Below are positions 42,608-54,400 of a stretch of DNA of 64,000 bases, piece after piece. The position numbers were made by a program, and so were the translations under genes. Under the pieces are notes generated by a model that did no database searches, was not told where the DNA came from, and was given only the letters and a program-made list of their open reading frames with translations. How positions within the stretch are numbered: the stretch's first letter is position 1; every line of letters begins with the position of its first letter. Source of the stretch: a virus (lineage: Duplodnaviria > Heunggongvirae > Uroviricota > Caudoviricetes); IMG/VR virus record IMGVR_UViG_3300033068_001610, positions 1 through 64,000 of that record; one strand, given 5' to 3'.

Positions 42608-45532
42608 ATGAAAAATCAAATTTTAAAACACACAGGATTAACGGAGAAACAATTCTATGCTAAATACAAAACTCAAAAAGATTTTGAAAAAAGCAAAGAA
42701 GGAAAATCTTTTAAAGCTCAATATGGTGCTACTATGGGGCCACAACAACAGCCTCAGGGATATGTTAACCCTAATGGATATCAAAACTATCCTAGTTTGA
42801 TGAATAATTATCAAATAAAGAATATACAGTTTCCAAAACCTGATACAAACTATGACCCAAATGATATTGACCCTATTCCTGTAAATCCTAATTATGGAAA
42901 GAAACAACAACAGGCTAGTGCTAATTATCAAGATAGTTCTATGTATCAAGCTATTGGAGATTATTCTACTATGGATCCTGGGGAGAAAAGAAAAATAAAT
43001 CCTATGGAAGGAATTCCTATAATAGGAGGGCTGGCAAAAGCATTTTCTATGCATAAAGAACAAAAAAAGCAATTGCAAAAAGAAAGACAATCTTATGCTG
43101 TGCTAGGAGTACAAGAACAAGTATCTAATCTTACACCAGAAAGAATAGATAATAAATGGGTAACTCCTTGGTTAAACCCTACATCTTCTAATACTCTACA
43201 TCCTGCTAAAGGAACAGGGTACACAGCTCTTTCAAAAAATGGAAATAAAGTGAGAGGTAAAAAAGCTTTTGCAGGATTTAATATGGGGGGAGGGGGAGCC
43301 TCAAGTACTGGTTTTGGTGGACAAATGGGATTTGATGGACAACAAATGATGGGAGGAATGTCTCAGACACTTGAAGCAAGATCTGCAGGGGGTGCAGGTG
43401 GTGGAGCTATAGGGAGTGTTTTTGGTCCAGGTGGTCAAATGGTAGGAGCACTTGTTGGTGATGCTTTAGATAAAAATCCAGAGAGAATTCTTGCTCAACA
43501 AAATGCAAATCAACAAAGACTTGAAAATATTATTACTAACTATGGTTATAAAAATTTGCACCAAGGTCAGTTTAGAGCTAACACAAGAAATGGTGGTAAT
43601 ATAGATAAAGCTAGAATGGGTGGTAATTTTAAATCACCTTATCAATCTCCAAGTGAAGAGGGAATGATTCCTTATGAAAATGGTGGAAGAACTGCTTTTA
43701 ATGGAGATATGCAAGTTGATAATGGAGTGCTAGAACCAATAGCATATAATCCTCATCTTCCTGGGACAGGTATAACTTATAAGTTTAATGGTCCTTCTCA
43801 TGATGATGGTGGTATACCTACTCAGTATGGTGGTACTAAAATAGAAACTGAAGGATTGGAAACAGTGAGAGAATCTAGTAATGGTTCAGAATTATCTGCA
43901 CAAATATTAGGTGATATGGTTGTTAGTGCTCCTAATGCTAAATTACTTGGTGATGATAAGTTTGCTGGAATGAAGTTTAAAAATATTGATAAAAAATTAT
44001 CTTATCAAACAACTTCTATAAATAAAAATTTAAACAAGACTACTGAAGCTATTAATTCTCTAGAAGTTAATGATGATTTTGACAAACTTAGATTACAAAC
44101 TCTAAAACTAACATTAGAAGGAAGTAATAAAAAACTTGCTGACATAGCTAAGACACAAACCAACTTAGGAAATATGCAGGATGCTATTCATGAAGTTGCT
44201 GATATTCATGGACTTAAACCAGCTGAACTAGCTAAGGGAAAACTAAAACCTAATACAGATAAATCAATGATGAGTAAATATGGTGCTAGTATTGAGAAAG
44301 CACAAGAAGGGAAAAAAGTACCAAAATTTTCTGAAAATTATGATGAAAATAAAGTTTATGAGAATATTGCTAAAACTGAAGGAGCATTAGACTACACTGG
44401 TATAGGAAAAAGTCAAGAACCTAATTTTAATACAGAAGAAAATTATAAAAAATATTTGGAAAAAGTTGAAAGGATATTTAAAAATCCTGAAAATGTAAAG
44501 ATGTTGGTTGATAGGGCAAAAAATTTTAGTGGTAATGACTGGAAAGATGTTAGGGCTCAAATTAATAAAGGTAGAACATATGAAGAACAAGCTGCTATAG
44601 TTAAAAAATTGGCAACTGATTCAAAACCAGGTCCTTATCATACATTAGTAGATAGTTTTGAAGAAGGAGAAACATCTATTACACCAATAACTCCTGTTAC
44701 TCCTGCTGCTAAAGCAACTGTTGCTGATGAAAAAACTCCAGATACAGAAGCTATTCCTTACAAAAGAAGTTGGGTAGCTGATGTATATAATGAGGTGTTA
44801 CCATATTTACGTAGAAGTGATAAAGAACCTTTAGATATAAATCAATTATCTGGAGAGTTATATTCTATGGCTAACAACCAATTGGAACCTGTTCAAGCAC
44901 AATTATATCAACCAGATCTTGCTACTCCTTATGGTGTATCATATCAGGATATAAGAAATGCAAATCAGTCTGATTATATTAGTGGTCAAAGAATGGCAGG
45001 GTATAATCCTGCAGCACAGTCTGTTCTTAATGCACAAAAGTATGCAGCTAATGCAAGTACTTATGGACAAGAGTTTAGAGAGAATCAAGGTAGATATGAT
45101 CAAACATTTGATGCTAATAGAAACTTGTTAAATCAAGCTAAATTGACAAATCTTAATATATTAGATAAACAATATGAAAGACAAGCCATGGCTAAATCCA
45201 ATACTAAGGAAGCTACACAATTGGCATTTAATTCTATAAGTGATAAGTATGCTAAAAAACAATTAGAAAACAGACAATTAGGCATCCTAGAGAATACATA
45301 TAATTACAGATATGACAAGGAAGGTCGTGCTGTTAATTTAAATCCTTTATTTCAACCTAATATTCCTACAGTGGGAAGTAAGTCTGGTACACAAAAACAA
45401 GTTCCAGTGTATGATTCTGAAGGAAATATTGACCATTATCAATTAGAAGAAATACAAACTGCAAAATTTGGTAAATCTATTTCCAAACTTTCAAGAAATG
45501 GTAGTCTTGTTAAAGCTGCCAAAAATCTATAA
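42608..45532 (+). CDS. large virion protein (974 aa) with Q/N/P-rich and Gly-rich low-complexity regions
   Basis: MGGGGASSTGFGGQMGFDGQQMMGGM...GGAGGGAIGSVFGPGGQ. Long stop-free ORF. Confidence 0.5.
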   Translation: MKNQILKHTGLTEKQFYAKYKTQKDFEKSKEGKSFKAQYGATMGPQQQPQGYVNPNGYQNYPSLMNNYQIKNIQFPKPDTNYDPNDIDPIPVNPNYGKKQQQASANYQDSSMYQAIGDYSTMDPGEKRKINPMEGIPIIGGLAKAFSMHKEQKKQLQKERQSYAVLGVQEQVSNLTPERIDNKWVTPWLNPTSSNTLHPAKGTGYTALSKNGNKVRGKKAFAGFNMGGGGASSTGFGGQMGFDGQQMMGGMSQTLEARSAGGAGGGAIGSVFGPGGQMVGALVGDALDKNPERILAQQNANQQRLENIITNYGYKNLHQGQFRANTRNGGNIDKARMGGNFKSPYQSPSEEGMIPYENGGRTAFNGDMQVDNGVLEPIAYNPHLPGTGITYKFNGPSHDDGGIPTQYGGTKIETEGLETVRESSNGSELSAQILGDMVVSAPNAKLLGDDKFAGMKFKNIDKKLSYQTTSINKNLNKTTEAINSLEVNDDFDKLRLQTLKLTLEGSNKKLADIAKTQTNLGNMQDAIHEVADIHGLKPAELAKGKLKPNTDKSMMSKYGASIEKAQEGKKVPKFSENYDENKVYENIAKTEGALDYTGIGKSQEPNFNTEENYKKYLEKVERIFKNPENVKMLVDRAKNFSGNDWKDVRAQINKGRTYEEQAAIVKKLATDSKPGPYHTLVDSFEEGETSITPITPVTPAAKATVADEKTPDTEAIPYKRSWVADVYNEVLPYLRRSDKEPLDINQLSGELYSMANNQLEPVQAQLYQPDLATPYGVSYQDIRNANQSDYISGQRMAGYNPAAQSVLNAQKYAANASTYGQEFRENQGRYDQTFDANRNLLNQAKLTNLNILDKQYERQAMAKSNTKEATQLAFNSISDKYAKKQLENRQLGILENTYNYRYDKEGRAVNLNPLFQPNIPTVGSKSGTQKQVPVYDSEGNIDHYQLEEIQTAKFGKSISKLSRNGSLVKAAKNL

Positions 45533-45540
45533 CTAATCTG

Positions 45541-45600
45541 ATTATTAGGAATTACCAAAGCATGTTATTAGTTTTGGTAGTTCTAATAATTCTTATTACA
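45541..45600 (+). terminator. long imperfect inverted repeat + T-rich tail
   Basis: ATTATTAGGAATTACCAAA ... TTTGGTAGTTCTAATAAT (2 mismatches), then TCTTATTACATTT. Confidence 0.45.
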
Positions 45601-45604
45601 TTTG
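45574..45604 (+). promoter_or_regulatory. Bacteroidetes-type promoter (TTG - 20 nt - TACATTTG)
   Basis: TAnnTTTG match at 45597-45604 with TTG 20 nt upstream. First ATG with sensible spacing is 45641. Confidence 0.3.
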
Positions 45605-45640
45605 CTAACCACATGTACAACATGCACTAAAAATAAGACT

Positions 45641-48409
45641 ATGGCCTCATGGACTGACAAAGCCCCTCAATTTAATCCTTATGTACAACAACTGCCTGTA
45701 GAACTAATGGCACAAGTTGGGCAACAGAAGCAAAAACAATATGATGAAGGGGTACAAAAAATTCAAACCAACATTGACAATATTGCTGGGCTTGATATAG
45801 GGAGAGATGTAGATAAAGTATATTTACAATCCAAACTTAATCAACTTGGTAATAATCTAAAATCAGTAGCTGCTGGAGATTTTTCTAATTTTCAGTTAGT
45901 TAACACTGTCAATGGTATGACTAATCAGTTAGTTAAAGATAGTATTGTGCAAACTGCTGTTATGTCAACTGCTAATGACAGAAAACAAACAGCTCAAATG
46001 GAAGCTGATAAAAAAGATGGAAAACTTACTCCTCATGCTGAATATAATTATCAATTAAAAAGAAGTGCTTATTATAACAATTCTGAACTGACTGATAAAG
46101 ATGGCAACCCTGTATCATTCAATGGGAAGTATACTCCTTCCTGGGATATTGATAAAAATATGTTGGAAGCAATCAAAGCTGTTGGTGATAGTGAATGGAG
46201 TGCTGACAATGTATTTAAAATGGTTAATGGGCAAATTGCCAAAGACCCTAAAACAGGAGCCCCTATCTATTCTGATTATGCAATTAGAGAAAAGAAAAAA
46301 GGAAAATTTAGTGAAAATGTAGCTGCTGCCATTGATGGTGTGTTAGCTAGACCTGAGGCTTCCCAAGAATTGGCGATGCGTGGTGTATACAATTACAGAG
46401 GCAGAGATAACATTGAAGACTTTGTTCAAGAATATGAAACAATAAAAAATAAAACTATTGCTAAATTAGAAGTAAATAAACTTGACTTTATGGAAAAAGT
46501 AGCAAATGCTACTACCAAAGAGGAAAAACTTAAATATCAAGAAGTTGTTACTGCTATTGATTCTAGAATTGAAGGAACAAAACAAGATGCTGCTTTAAAA
46601 GAAAGTGAAGCTTTACAATATACTAATGTTGATTCATATAAGGCTGCTTTAGAAACAATGAGAGTTAGAAATAACTATATGTTAAGTGGTGTTACAGAAA
46701 AAACTTCTCTTGAAGTGATTGAAAATATTCCATGGAAAGCACAAAGACAAGTTTTAGAAGAAGAACGTAAATGGAAAATGGATCTTGATTCTTCTAGTAG
46801 AGGCTGGGCTAATGTAAATATTGCAAGAGCAAATTTAGCTAGAGAAGATGAGAAATGGAAATATGATCCAAATAATCCTAATAATGTATTACCTCCAACT
46901 GAAACTGCATTACCAATGGGTAATACTTTTCAAAGCTTACATGGAGACTTACTTAATGCTTCTAATCAAGCAGAAAGTGTTTTAGATGCTACAAAATTTA
47001 ATATTGTATCAGAGTATCTATCTGCTATTAATTTTGGTAATGGAAAAAAATTAACACAAGCAGAAGTTCAAGCAGGTATTAAATCATATGAAAAAAAGAT
47101 GCCTGGGTTTATAGACAATTATTATAAAAAAGCTAAAGAAGTTATTAAAAATGAAAAGCTTGCTTCAAGTCCTTTATATTCTAGATTAATGTCAGCTCTT
47201 CCTACAGCAACTGCTGCTGAAAATGAGGTGAATAGACTTGGTATTTTCACTACTAACATGAATAAATCTGAAGGAGTTGTTGCTTCAGGAGGAAAAGAAG
47301 TTGATATTGCTGGAATATCTAAAACATTTAAACCTTTTGAAATTGAGTATTTACCATTAAGTAATTGGAGTGCAACAAATTTTGGTGATGCTCCAAAAGT
47401 GAAAAAAATAGTTAGTGCTCAAGATGCTTTAGATATAGGAATTATTGCTGCTAATGAAGGAGGTTTAAAAGGAATGTGGAAATCTTTGTTTTCTTCTGAC
47501 CAAGAAAAACAAACATATAATCAAGCTAAAGAAAGACTAGAAAATAAATTTGATTTACCTGCTGATGAACTTTTAAATGTTGTACGTCCTACAGGAAATT
47601 TAGCAAGAATGGCTGGAGTTCCAATTAATACTGGGATGAATCCTCAATTGAAAAATGTAATAGATGTTGTAAATAGTGAAAAATTTAATAATGTATTAAA
47701 AGCTAAAGAAGAATATTTAAAAACACACTCATGGAGTAATCAACCTTTGTCATATAATGTATATGGAGAAAATATGAAAGGAACAGAAAGAACTTCTGTA
47801 GATGACAGGGTTAAAGAAGTTTTAAATGTTTTAAAAGATGCTAATGGAGGTTTAGAAGATTTTAATAGATTGTATACTGACCCTAAAAATTTCACTGCTC
47901 AGATATCTGTAGACAGAGGTTCTATTTTTTCTCCTAAAGAAGATTTCAAATTAAATTTATATGATAAAGGGGGTATGGTAAAATCTATTCCTATTAGTAA
48001 AGAATATGCTGATTATATAAAAAATGAAGAAATCAAATTGCCTATTAGACCTTCTGATGCTGTAGAAAGAATACAAGTTAATGGAACAACAACCAACTCT
48101 GCAGGACTTCCCCCTATGCATCCAGATGCATATCAGGGAGCTATGATACCAGAAACATATTTTGCTCAAAAATTTAATACTACAAAAGTATTAGGAGCTG
48201 AGGTTGTTAAAAGTCCAACAGGAAAATATAATGCTTATCTTTATACAATAGATCCAAAATCTAATGATACAATTGGTATTCCAATAAAAAATAATAAAGG
48301 AGATCTTTACCCTGCAGATTTTGATAATGTAGATATAGCAACACAATTTTTAATAAAAGATATAAATAGTAAAGCCTATCTTGAGGCATTAATAAATAAT
48401 GGTTTATAA
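45641..48409 (+). CDS. large virion protein (start at MASWTDK; 922 aa)
   Basis: Listed ORF starts at 45602 inside the promoter/terminator. The internal Met at 45641 fits better. Confidence 0.5.
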   Translation: MASWTDKAPQFNPYVQQLPVELMAQVGQQKQKQYDEGVQKIQTNIDNIAGLDIGRDVDKVYLQSKLNQLGNNLKSVAAGDFSNFQLVNTVNGMTNQLVKDSIVQTAVMSTANDRKQTAQMEADKKDGKLTPHAEYNYQLKRSAYYNNSELTDKDGNPVSFNGKYTPSWDIDKNMLEAIKAVGDSEWSADNVFKMVNGQIAKDPKTGAPIYSDYAIREKKKGKFSENVAAAIDGVLARPEASQELAMRGVYNYRGRDNIEDFVQEYETIKNKTIAKLEVNKLDFMEKVANATTKEEKLKYQEVVTAIDSRIEGTKQDAALKESEALQYTNVDSYKAALETMRVRNNYMLSGVTEKTSLEVIENIPWKAQRQVLEEERKWKMDLDSSSRGWANVNIARANLAREDEKWKYDPNNPNNVLPPTETALPMGNTFQSLHGDLLNASNQAESVLDATKFNIVSEYLSAINFGNGKKLTQAEVQAGIKSYEKKMPGFIDNYYKKAKEVIKNEKLASSPLYSRLMSALPTATAAENEVNRLGIFTTNMNKSEGVVASGGKEVDIAGISKTFKPFEIEYLPLSNWSATNFGDAPKVKKIVSAQDALDIGIIAANEGGLKGMWKSLFSSDQEKQTYNQAKERLENKFDLPADELLNVVRPTGNLARMAGVPINTGMNPQLKNVIDVVNSEKFNNVLKAKEEYLKTHSWSNQPLSYNVYGENMKGTERTSVDDRVKEVLNVLKDANGGLEDFNRLYTDPKNFTAQISVDRGSIFSPKEDFKLNLYDKGGMVKSIPISKEYADYIKNEEIKLPIRPSDAVERIQVNGTTTNSAGLPPMHPDAYQGAMIPETYFAQKFNTTKVLGAEVVKSPTGKYNAYLYTIDPKSNDTIGIPIKNNKGDLYPADFDNVDIATQFLIKDINSKAYLEALINNGL

Positions 48410-51400
48410 TGGAAGAAGAAGAATTATTACCTAAAGAAGATTTAAATTTATTAAACCCACTAACTTTGACTCCATCTCCAGCTACTACTGGATATGATGC
48501 ATTTAAAGTGTGGGCAGGGGAACGTATGAATAATTATGGAGAAGTAAAATTAGATCTTGGTCAACTTCCTCAAGGTGATTCTGGTAGTTCCAGTGGTTCT
48601 ACATATAGCTCTAAAAATGGTAAAACCAATACTATTGCTGATGATATTGCAGCTGCAAATAAACGTGCTGATCAAGTAGATAGTACTAAATTTGCAATTA
48701 AAAGTAGCGAAATTTCTCCTAGATATAATCGTACTTATAAAGGACTTGATAATGAAGAACTTTATGCTCAAACACAAACTACTGGTCAAAAAGCTTACAA
48801 TGGTGTAGCTAAGATGGTAGGTACTGCAGCAACCACTTTTGTTAATGGTACTGCAGGTTTGGTATATGGTATTAATGAAATGTCCAAAACAGGAGAACTT
48901 TCTTCTTTTTATAATAATGATCTTGCCAACTACCTTAATAATGTAAACAAAGGTATGGAAGATACCTATGCACATTATAAAACAAAACGAGAACTAGATG
49001 GATCTTGGTGGGAACCTAGTAATTTATTTACAGCAAACTTTTTGTTTGACAATGTAATTAAAAATCTTGGTTTTTCTTTAGGTGCAATGGGAGCAGGGTT
49101 TGCTTGGGGTGGGGCTATTAAAGCTTTGGGACTTACAGGGAGACTTATGGCTACTGGAGAAAAATGGGCTGCTGCTGCAGATACTGCATTAGGAGAAGCA
49201 ACTACTTTGGTAGATGTTCAAAGACTAGGAACCACAACTTCTAAGTTAGAAAAATTATGGCAATCTGCAAAAGTGTCAACAGGAACAGGATTGATGAAAA
49301 CAGATCAATTTATCACTGCTGCTTTTGGAACATTTGGTGAAGCAGGTATAGAAGCCTTAAACAATACACATCAATTCAGAGATGACATGATTGCTAAATA
49401 TACAGCAAGCCATGGTTATGCTCCTGATAAAGAAGACTTACAAGAAATAAATGATTATGCACAACAAGTAGGTGACTGGAGCTTTAAGCTTAATACAGCT
49501 TTGCTTACAGCAACTAACTATGTTCAGCTTCCTAAAATTTTTGCTTCTTCTTTTAAAGGAGAAAAATCTATTGTTAATGGTATTGCAAGAACAGCAGAAG
49601 GATATGTAGAGGCTCTTCCTCAAAAAGGATTTGGTAAAATGATTTATAAAGCAGGTCATATTGCAAGTCTTGGATTTAATACTGCAGAAGCTTTTGAAGA
49701 AGGAGCACAATTTGCTATTCAAACAGGAACACAAAACTATTTTGATAGAAAATTTAACAACCAACAAGTTGATGGTATTGATGATGGTTTATTGTATGGT
49801 GTAAAAGAAGCTCTAACTACTGATGAAGGTTTATTAAATATCTTTACTGGTGGTTTTGCTGGTGCTTTACAATCTTCTGGTATAGTTGGAATTAAAAAAG
49901 GGCTTCCTACTATAGGACAAACTGGTAAGATTGGACAAAGAGGATGGACTGGTTATGGTGGAAAAGAAGGAAAATTAAGAACAGAAGCCATAAACTCTTT
50001 CAATGAATCAAAAATTCAAGACAAACTTAAAGAGATTTCTGACAATATAAATGCATCTGCTCAAATTCAACAAGAGAGAGAAGTTGCTATACGACAAGGA
50101 GACATATTGGAAGCTAAAGATTTAGAGCTCGATTATGCACATTCATTTATTGCACCTAGAGTAAAATATGGAGCTAAACAATTTATTGATGATGAGATAA
50201 CAGATCTCAAAGAAAGAGCAATAAATGATTTCATAGAACTTCAAGCTTCTGGAATTGCTTTTAAAGGAGATACTAAAGAAACTTTCTTGGCTAGATTAAA
50301 CAATATACAAGAACATGCTGATCATGTTGAGAAACTTTATGCTGCTGCTGAGATTAAATATAAAGGTTTAATTAATAAAGATACAGGAGAAAGAGCATAT
50401 TCTGATGAAGTGATAGATAAACTTGTTTATGCAGGGGCTAAAATTATGGATTATGATAAACGTATTCCACAACTAAATGAGAGTCTTGCATTAGCAGGGA
50501 TACCTACACAATTGATAATGGATGATATCCTGGCTAATGATATTCCATCTAAGGAAGCATTAACTGAAGCTGTTGAAAAAATCAAGGCTTTAAGTCTTAT
50601 GAATGAAGATGATCTTATCAGAGATTTGTCTGACATTGCTGAAATAGCAGCCAGAAGAAATTTATTCATCAAAGAATATAAAGACATCAAAAGAAATCCT
50701 GAAAAATATGAACCAGTTAAACCTGTTAAATCAGCAGACAAAAAAGCAAAACAATCTGTTGTTATTAAAACAAAAGGAGGAGATCAAGAAATTGAAATTG
50801 GTGAAGAATATTATTTAGGAGCTATAGCAAGTAAAGATGCAAATGACAAAGATGTATTTCATAGTCCTCTTGTAAAAATTGTTGGTGTAAATGAAGATGG
50901 TTCTTTACAACTTCTTGATGTTAAAACTAATAAAATTACAAATGTTACACCTGAACAATTAAAAACATACACATTACAAAAATCTAGTGAAGTTTCTGAA
51001 ATTGATAAATGGTTACTTGCCAATGCTAATTTAACTTTTACACATAGAGGATTAAGAGATAAAGCAGGAAAGTTTAGAGAAGGTATTATTAAAAACTACC
51101 CTAAAAAAGGACTTGTATTTATTTATGTTAATGAAGCAGGAAAAAAAGTAACTATTCCTATTAGACAAGAACAACTTGTTCCTAAACCTGGATCAAAATA
51201 TAAACAAGGGATAATTGCTCCTTCAGCAGAACAAACAGAATCTTTTCAAAAAACTTTGCAACAAGTATTTGGTAAAAAGGTTGAGTCAACTATAGACCAA
51301 ATAGATGAAAGAAATAACTATTTAGCTGAATTACATGAAGAAGGAATTAAACGTATTGATGAAATAAATAAACAACTTGAAACTAATAAACAAACATTAG

Positions 51401-54400
51401 AAAATAAAGCAAAAGAACTTGCTGAGAAAACTAATGATCTTACATATACTAAAAAAGGTACATTAAGAAAAGGAGGCTTTACAGCCATCCAAAATGCTAT
51501 CAATAGTATCAATACTGTAATAAACAATTTAGAGGCACAGAATGAAGAATTAGCTATACAAAAAGAGGAATTAGAATACACTGTTCCTTTCTATCAAGAG
51601 ATTATTGATTCATTGGAAGAATTTCCTGAAGAAAATAGTGGCTTAATAAACAAAATGAAATCACAAATTAAAGTGGTTGAAGATCTTATTATTGTCACTC
51701 AGGATACTATTACCATTACTGAACGTTTAATTAAACAGGCTCATGAATTATATGACAATGCTGTAAAAGCTATTGAAAGATTTATTCAACAAATTAAAAA
51801 AAATAACCCAGATCTTCCTACAATTTTCATTGATGAGTTTCAAGAAATGAATGAAAAATTCTTGGGAGAAGAAGGAGCTAGACAACTTGTAGAAAATAGA
51901 CAAGGTTTTGCAGGAAGAATTGTACAGTTTCAAGCAGACATAGCATCATTTACAGATGAAGTTAATCTTCCAAAAATGGAAGAGAGAACAAAAGGACTAG
52001 TACAAGATCTTCAAGATTTAGCTACAGGGTTAGAAGATTTAAAAAGAGAAAACAACAAAAGAAAAGAAATCTTGGAAGGGTTTCAACAATTTGTTGATGC
52101 TCTTGAACTTAGAGTTAAAGAAGAAGCTAGGATTAATAATGATCCTAAGGCAAAAGCTTCCTTGATACAAACACAAGATAAGAAGACTATTCAAACTGCA
52201 GACAGAGAAAGTAATGCAGATTTTGAACCTACACCTAAAAAACCTACACATATTATTCCTGTAGCCACTATGGGTATTGATAGAGGAAAACCTCATCAAA
52301 CAAGAGCAAATAATTTTGGTATTAATCTTCATTCTTTTCCTAATAGAAAAGAGATTCGTGGTGTTTATATAACAGCTAAAAATGCAGGACCTTATATTAG
52401 CATTATTGATGAATTGGTTCTTTCTGCAGACAGTGAAATAGACAGAGATCAAATTATAGCTTTAGTTATGTTTGATACTGATGGTAATTTAGTAGGAGAA
52501 GATGGTCAACCTATTGAAGACAATTTTGCACAAACTGCTATATATCAAGTAATGCCTGATGCTACCCTATCTTGGAAAGGAGATTATGAAGGTGATACTT
52601 CTATGTTTAGAAAAGGTACTGATACTAAAGTTAAAGAAGCTGTAATAGCACAATACACTAAAGATAGAGAAAGAATATTATCATCAGAAAATTTTGAAGA
52701 ACCTCATACAATTGATGCTTCTTTTGGTAGACCTGTGTTTGAAAGAGATGAAGCAAATGAAATTGATTATAATGCTAGAAACTCTGTACAAGATGCAGGA
52801 TTAATTACTAATGATCAATTATTATCTGGACAAGTTGTGTCTGTTGCTACTAGTGTACAACCTGCAGAACAAGGACTTGTATCTTACATGAATGCTTTTG
52901 GTAAAGTGTTTCTTAGACTGACTAATGGTTTAGTTCCATTACAAAATAGAAAACATTCTAAACAAGAAGCAGAAACTATTTTTAATGCAATTTATATACT
53001 ATCTGAAAATCTATTAGATCCTAAAGAAGGTATTAATAGTGATAAATCTGTAGCTGTATTACAATATTTAAAATCTGTTGTTTATTGGGGTATTCCAGTT
53101 GATCCTGCTGGAAAAAGAAAAGCCACTGGATATAACAGTATTTTCTTTGAAGAAGATGAAGCTACAGGAAGATTGATGCTTACTATTTCCAATAAAGGAA
53201 ATGACGTTATATTTACACCAAGAGAACTTACTCGTAATAGAGGAGAAATCATAGAGCTTATTCAAACATTACATAGTAATGTGAATTCTGCTATGGTTAA
53301 AAATATTAACGAACCATACGAACAATTCGTATCTTTAACAGAAACTGGAGAGATAGAAACAATCACATGGCCTAATTACCAAGCTTACCTCATTTCTGAT
53401 AAAGCTCCTAATGAAAATGGGGAACTTACTGAAGAAAGAAAAGATGAAATTCCTTTAACTACAATAATGCGTAAGGTGGATCCTGAAGCTAAAGTGGTTA
53501 ACAGAACAGATATTTATTTTTATACTACTGATAATGTAGATGATTATGCTTTTGCTGAGGTGGCCAAAAGAACTACAGGTAAAAAGAAAAAAATCACTGC
53601 AGGGAAACTTGATACTGAGGAAGATACAGAAGGAAGAACTACTATTAAAATGGTAGAGACAAACATCACTAAAATTTTAAAAGGATTTAAAACTACTTTC
53701 TTGAGAGAGAGTATGGACAATATTGATATTGAAGAAGGAGAATCTAAGATAGTAAACTTTGGTGGTAAAGATTTTAAAGTGACCAACAAAGGGTATTTAT
53801 CTATCAAAGAAGCTGGTGGAGTTAAAAAAATTGTTAAATCAGAAGGATATTATAAAGCAGAAAATATTAAATATGCTCCTACACTTGCCTGGTTAAAAGG
53901 TAAAGGTAAAATGTTTGTGTTTGAAATTGAAGATATTGGAGCTGAACAAGAAACTTTTGAAGAAGAAACTGAGGGTGCTTGGGTATATGATGGTGAAACT
54001 CCCAATATATTTATAGATGGTAGAGACAAACAAGTTACTTTCACTATTGAAACAGGAGTTAATGAACAAAATTTTCAAGAAAAAATTGTTATTCTTGATG
54101 TTGAAGATGGTAAAGAAGCAGTAGACTATGTTAAAAAAGTAATGGGCTTAGAAGATGAAGAAGGTGATGATGAAGCTAATTTAGATAGAAAGCATGCAGA
54201 AGCTGTTGAATTATTAAAAGAAAAATTACAAGCTGACATCTTTAACAATATGCCTATTGAAGTTCCTTCTAAAAAAACTGCTTCAACTAAAAAGAAAGGT
54301 GGGTTTAATCCATTTGCTGCAGGGTCTGGATTTAATCAAACTAAACAAGAAGAAGAAGTAGAAGAAGATGAGGAAGAAGAAACTCCTAAAGAGAAAAAAG

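Noticed and set aside
45602-45640. Upstream start MLTTCTTCTKNKT for the 935-aa ORF
   Set aside because: It falls inside the inverted-repeat terminator/promoter (TACATTTG box). The ATG at 45641 is better placed.
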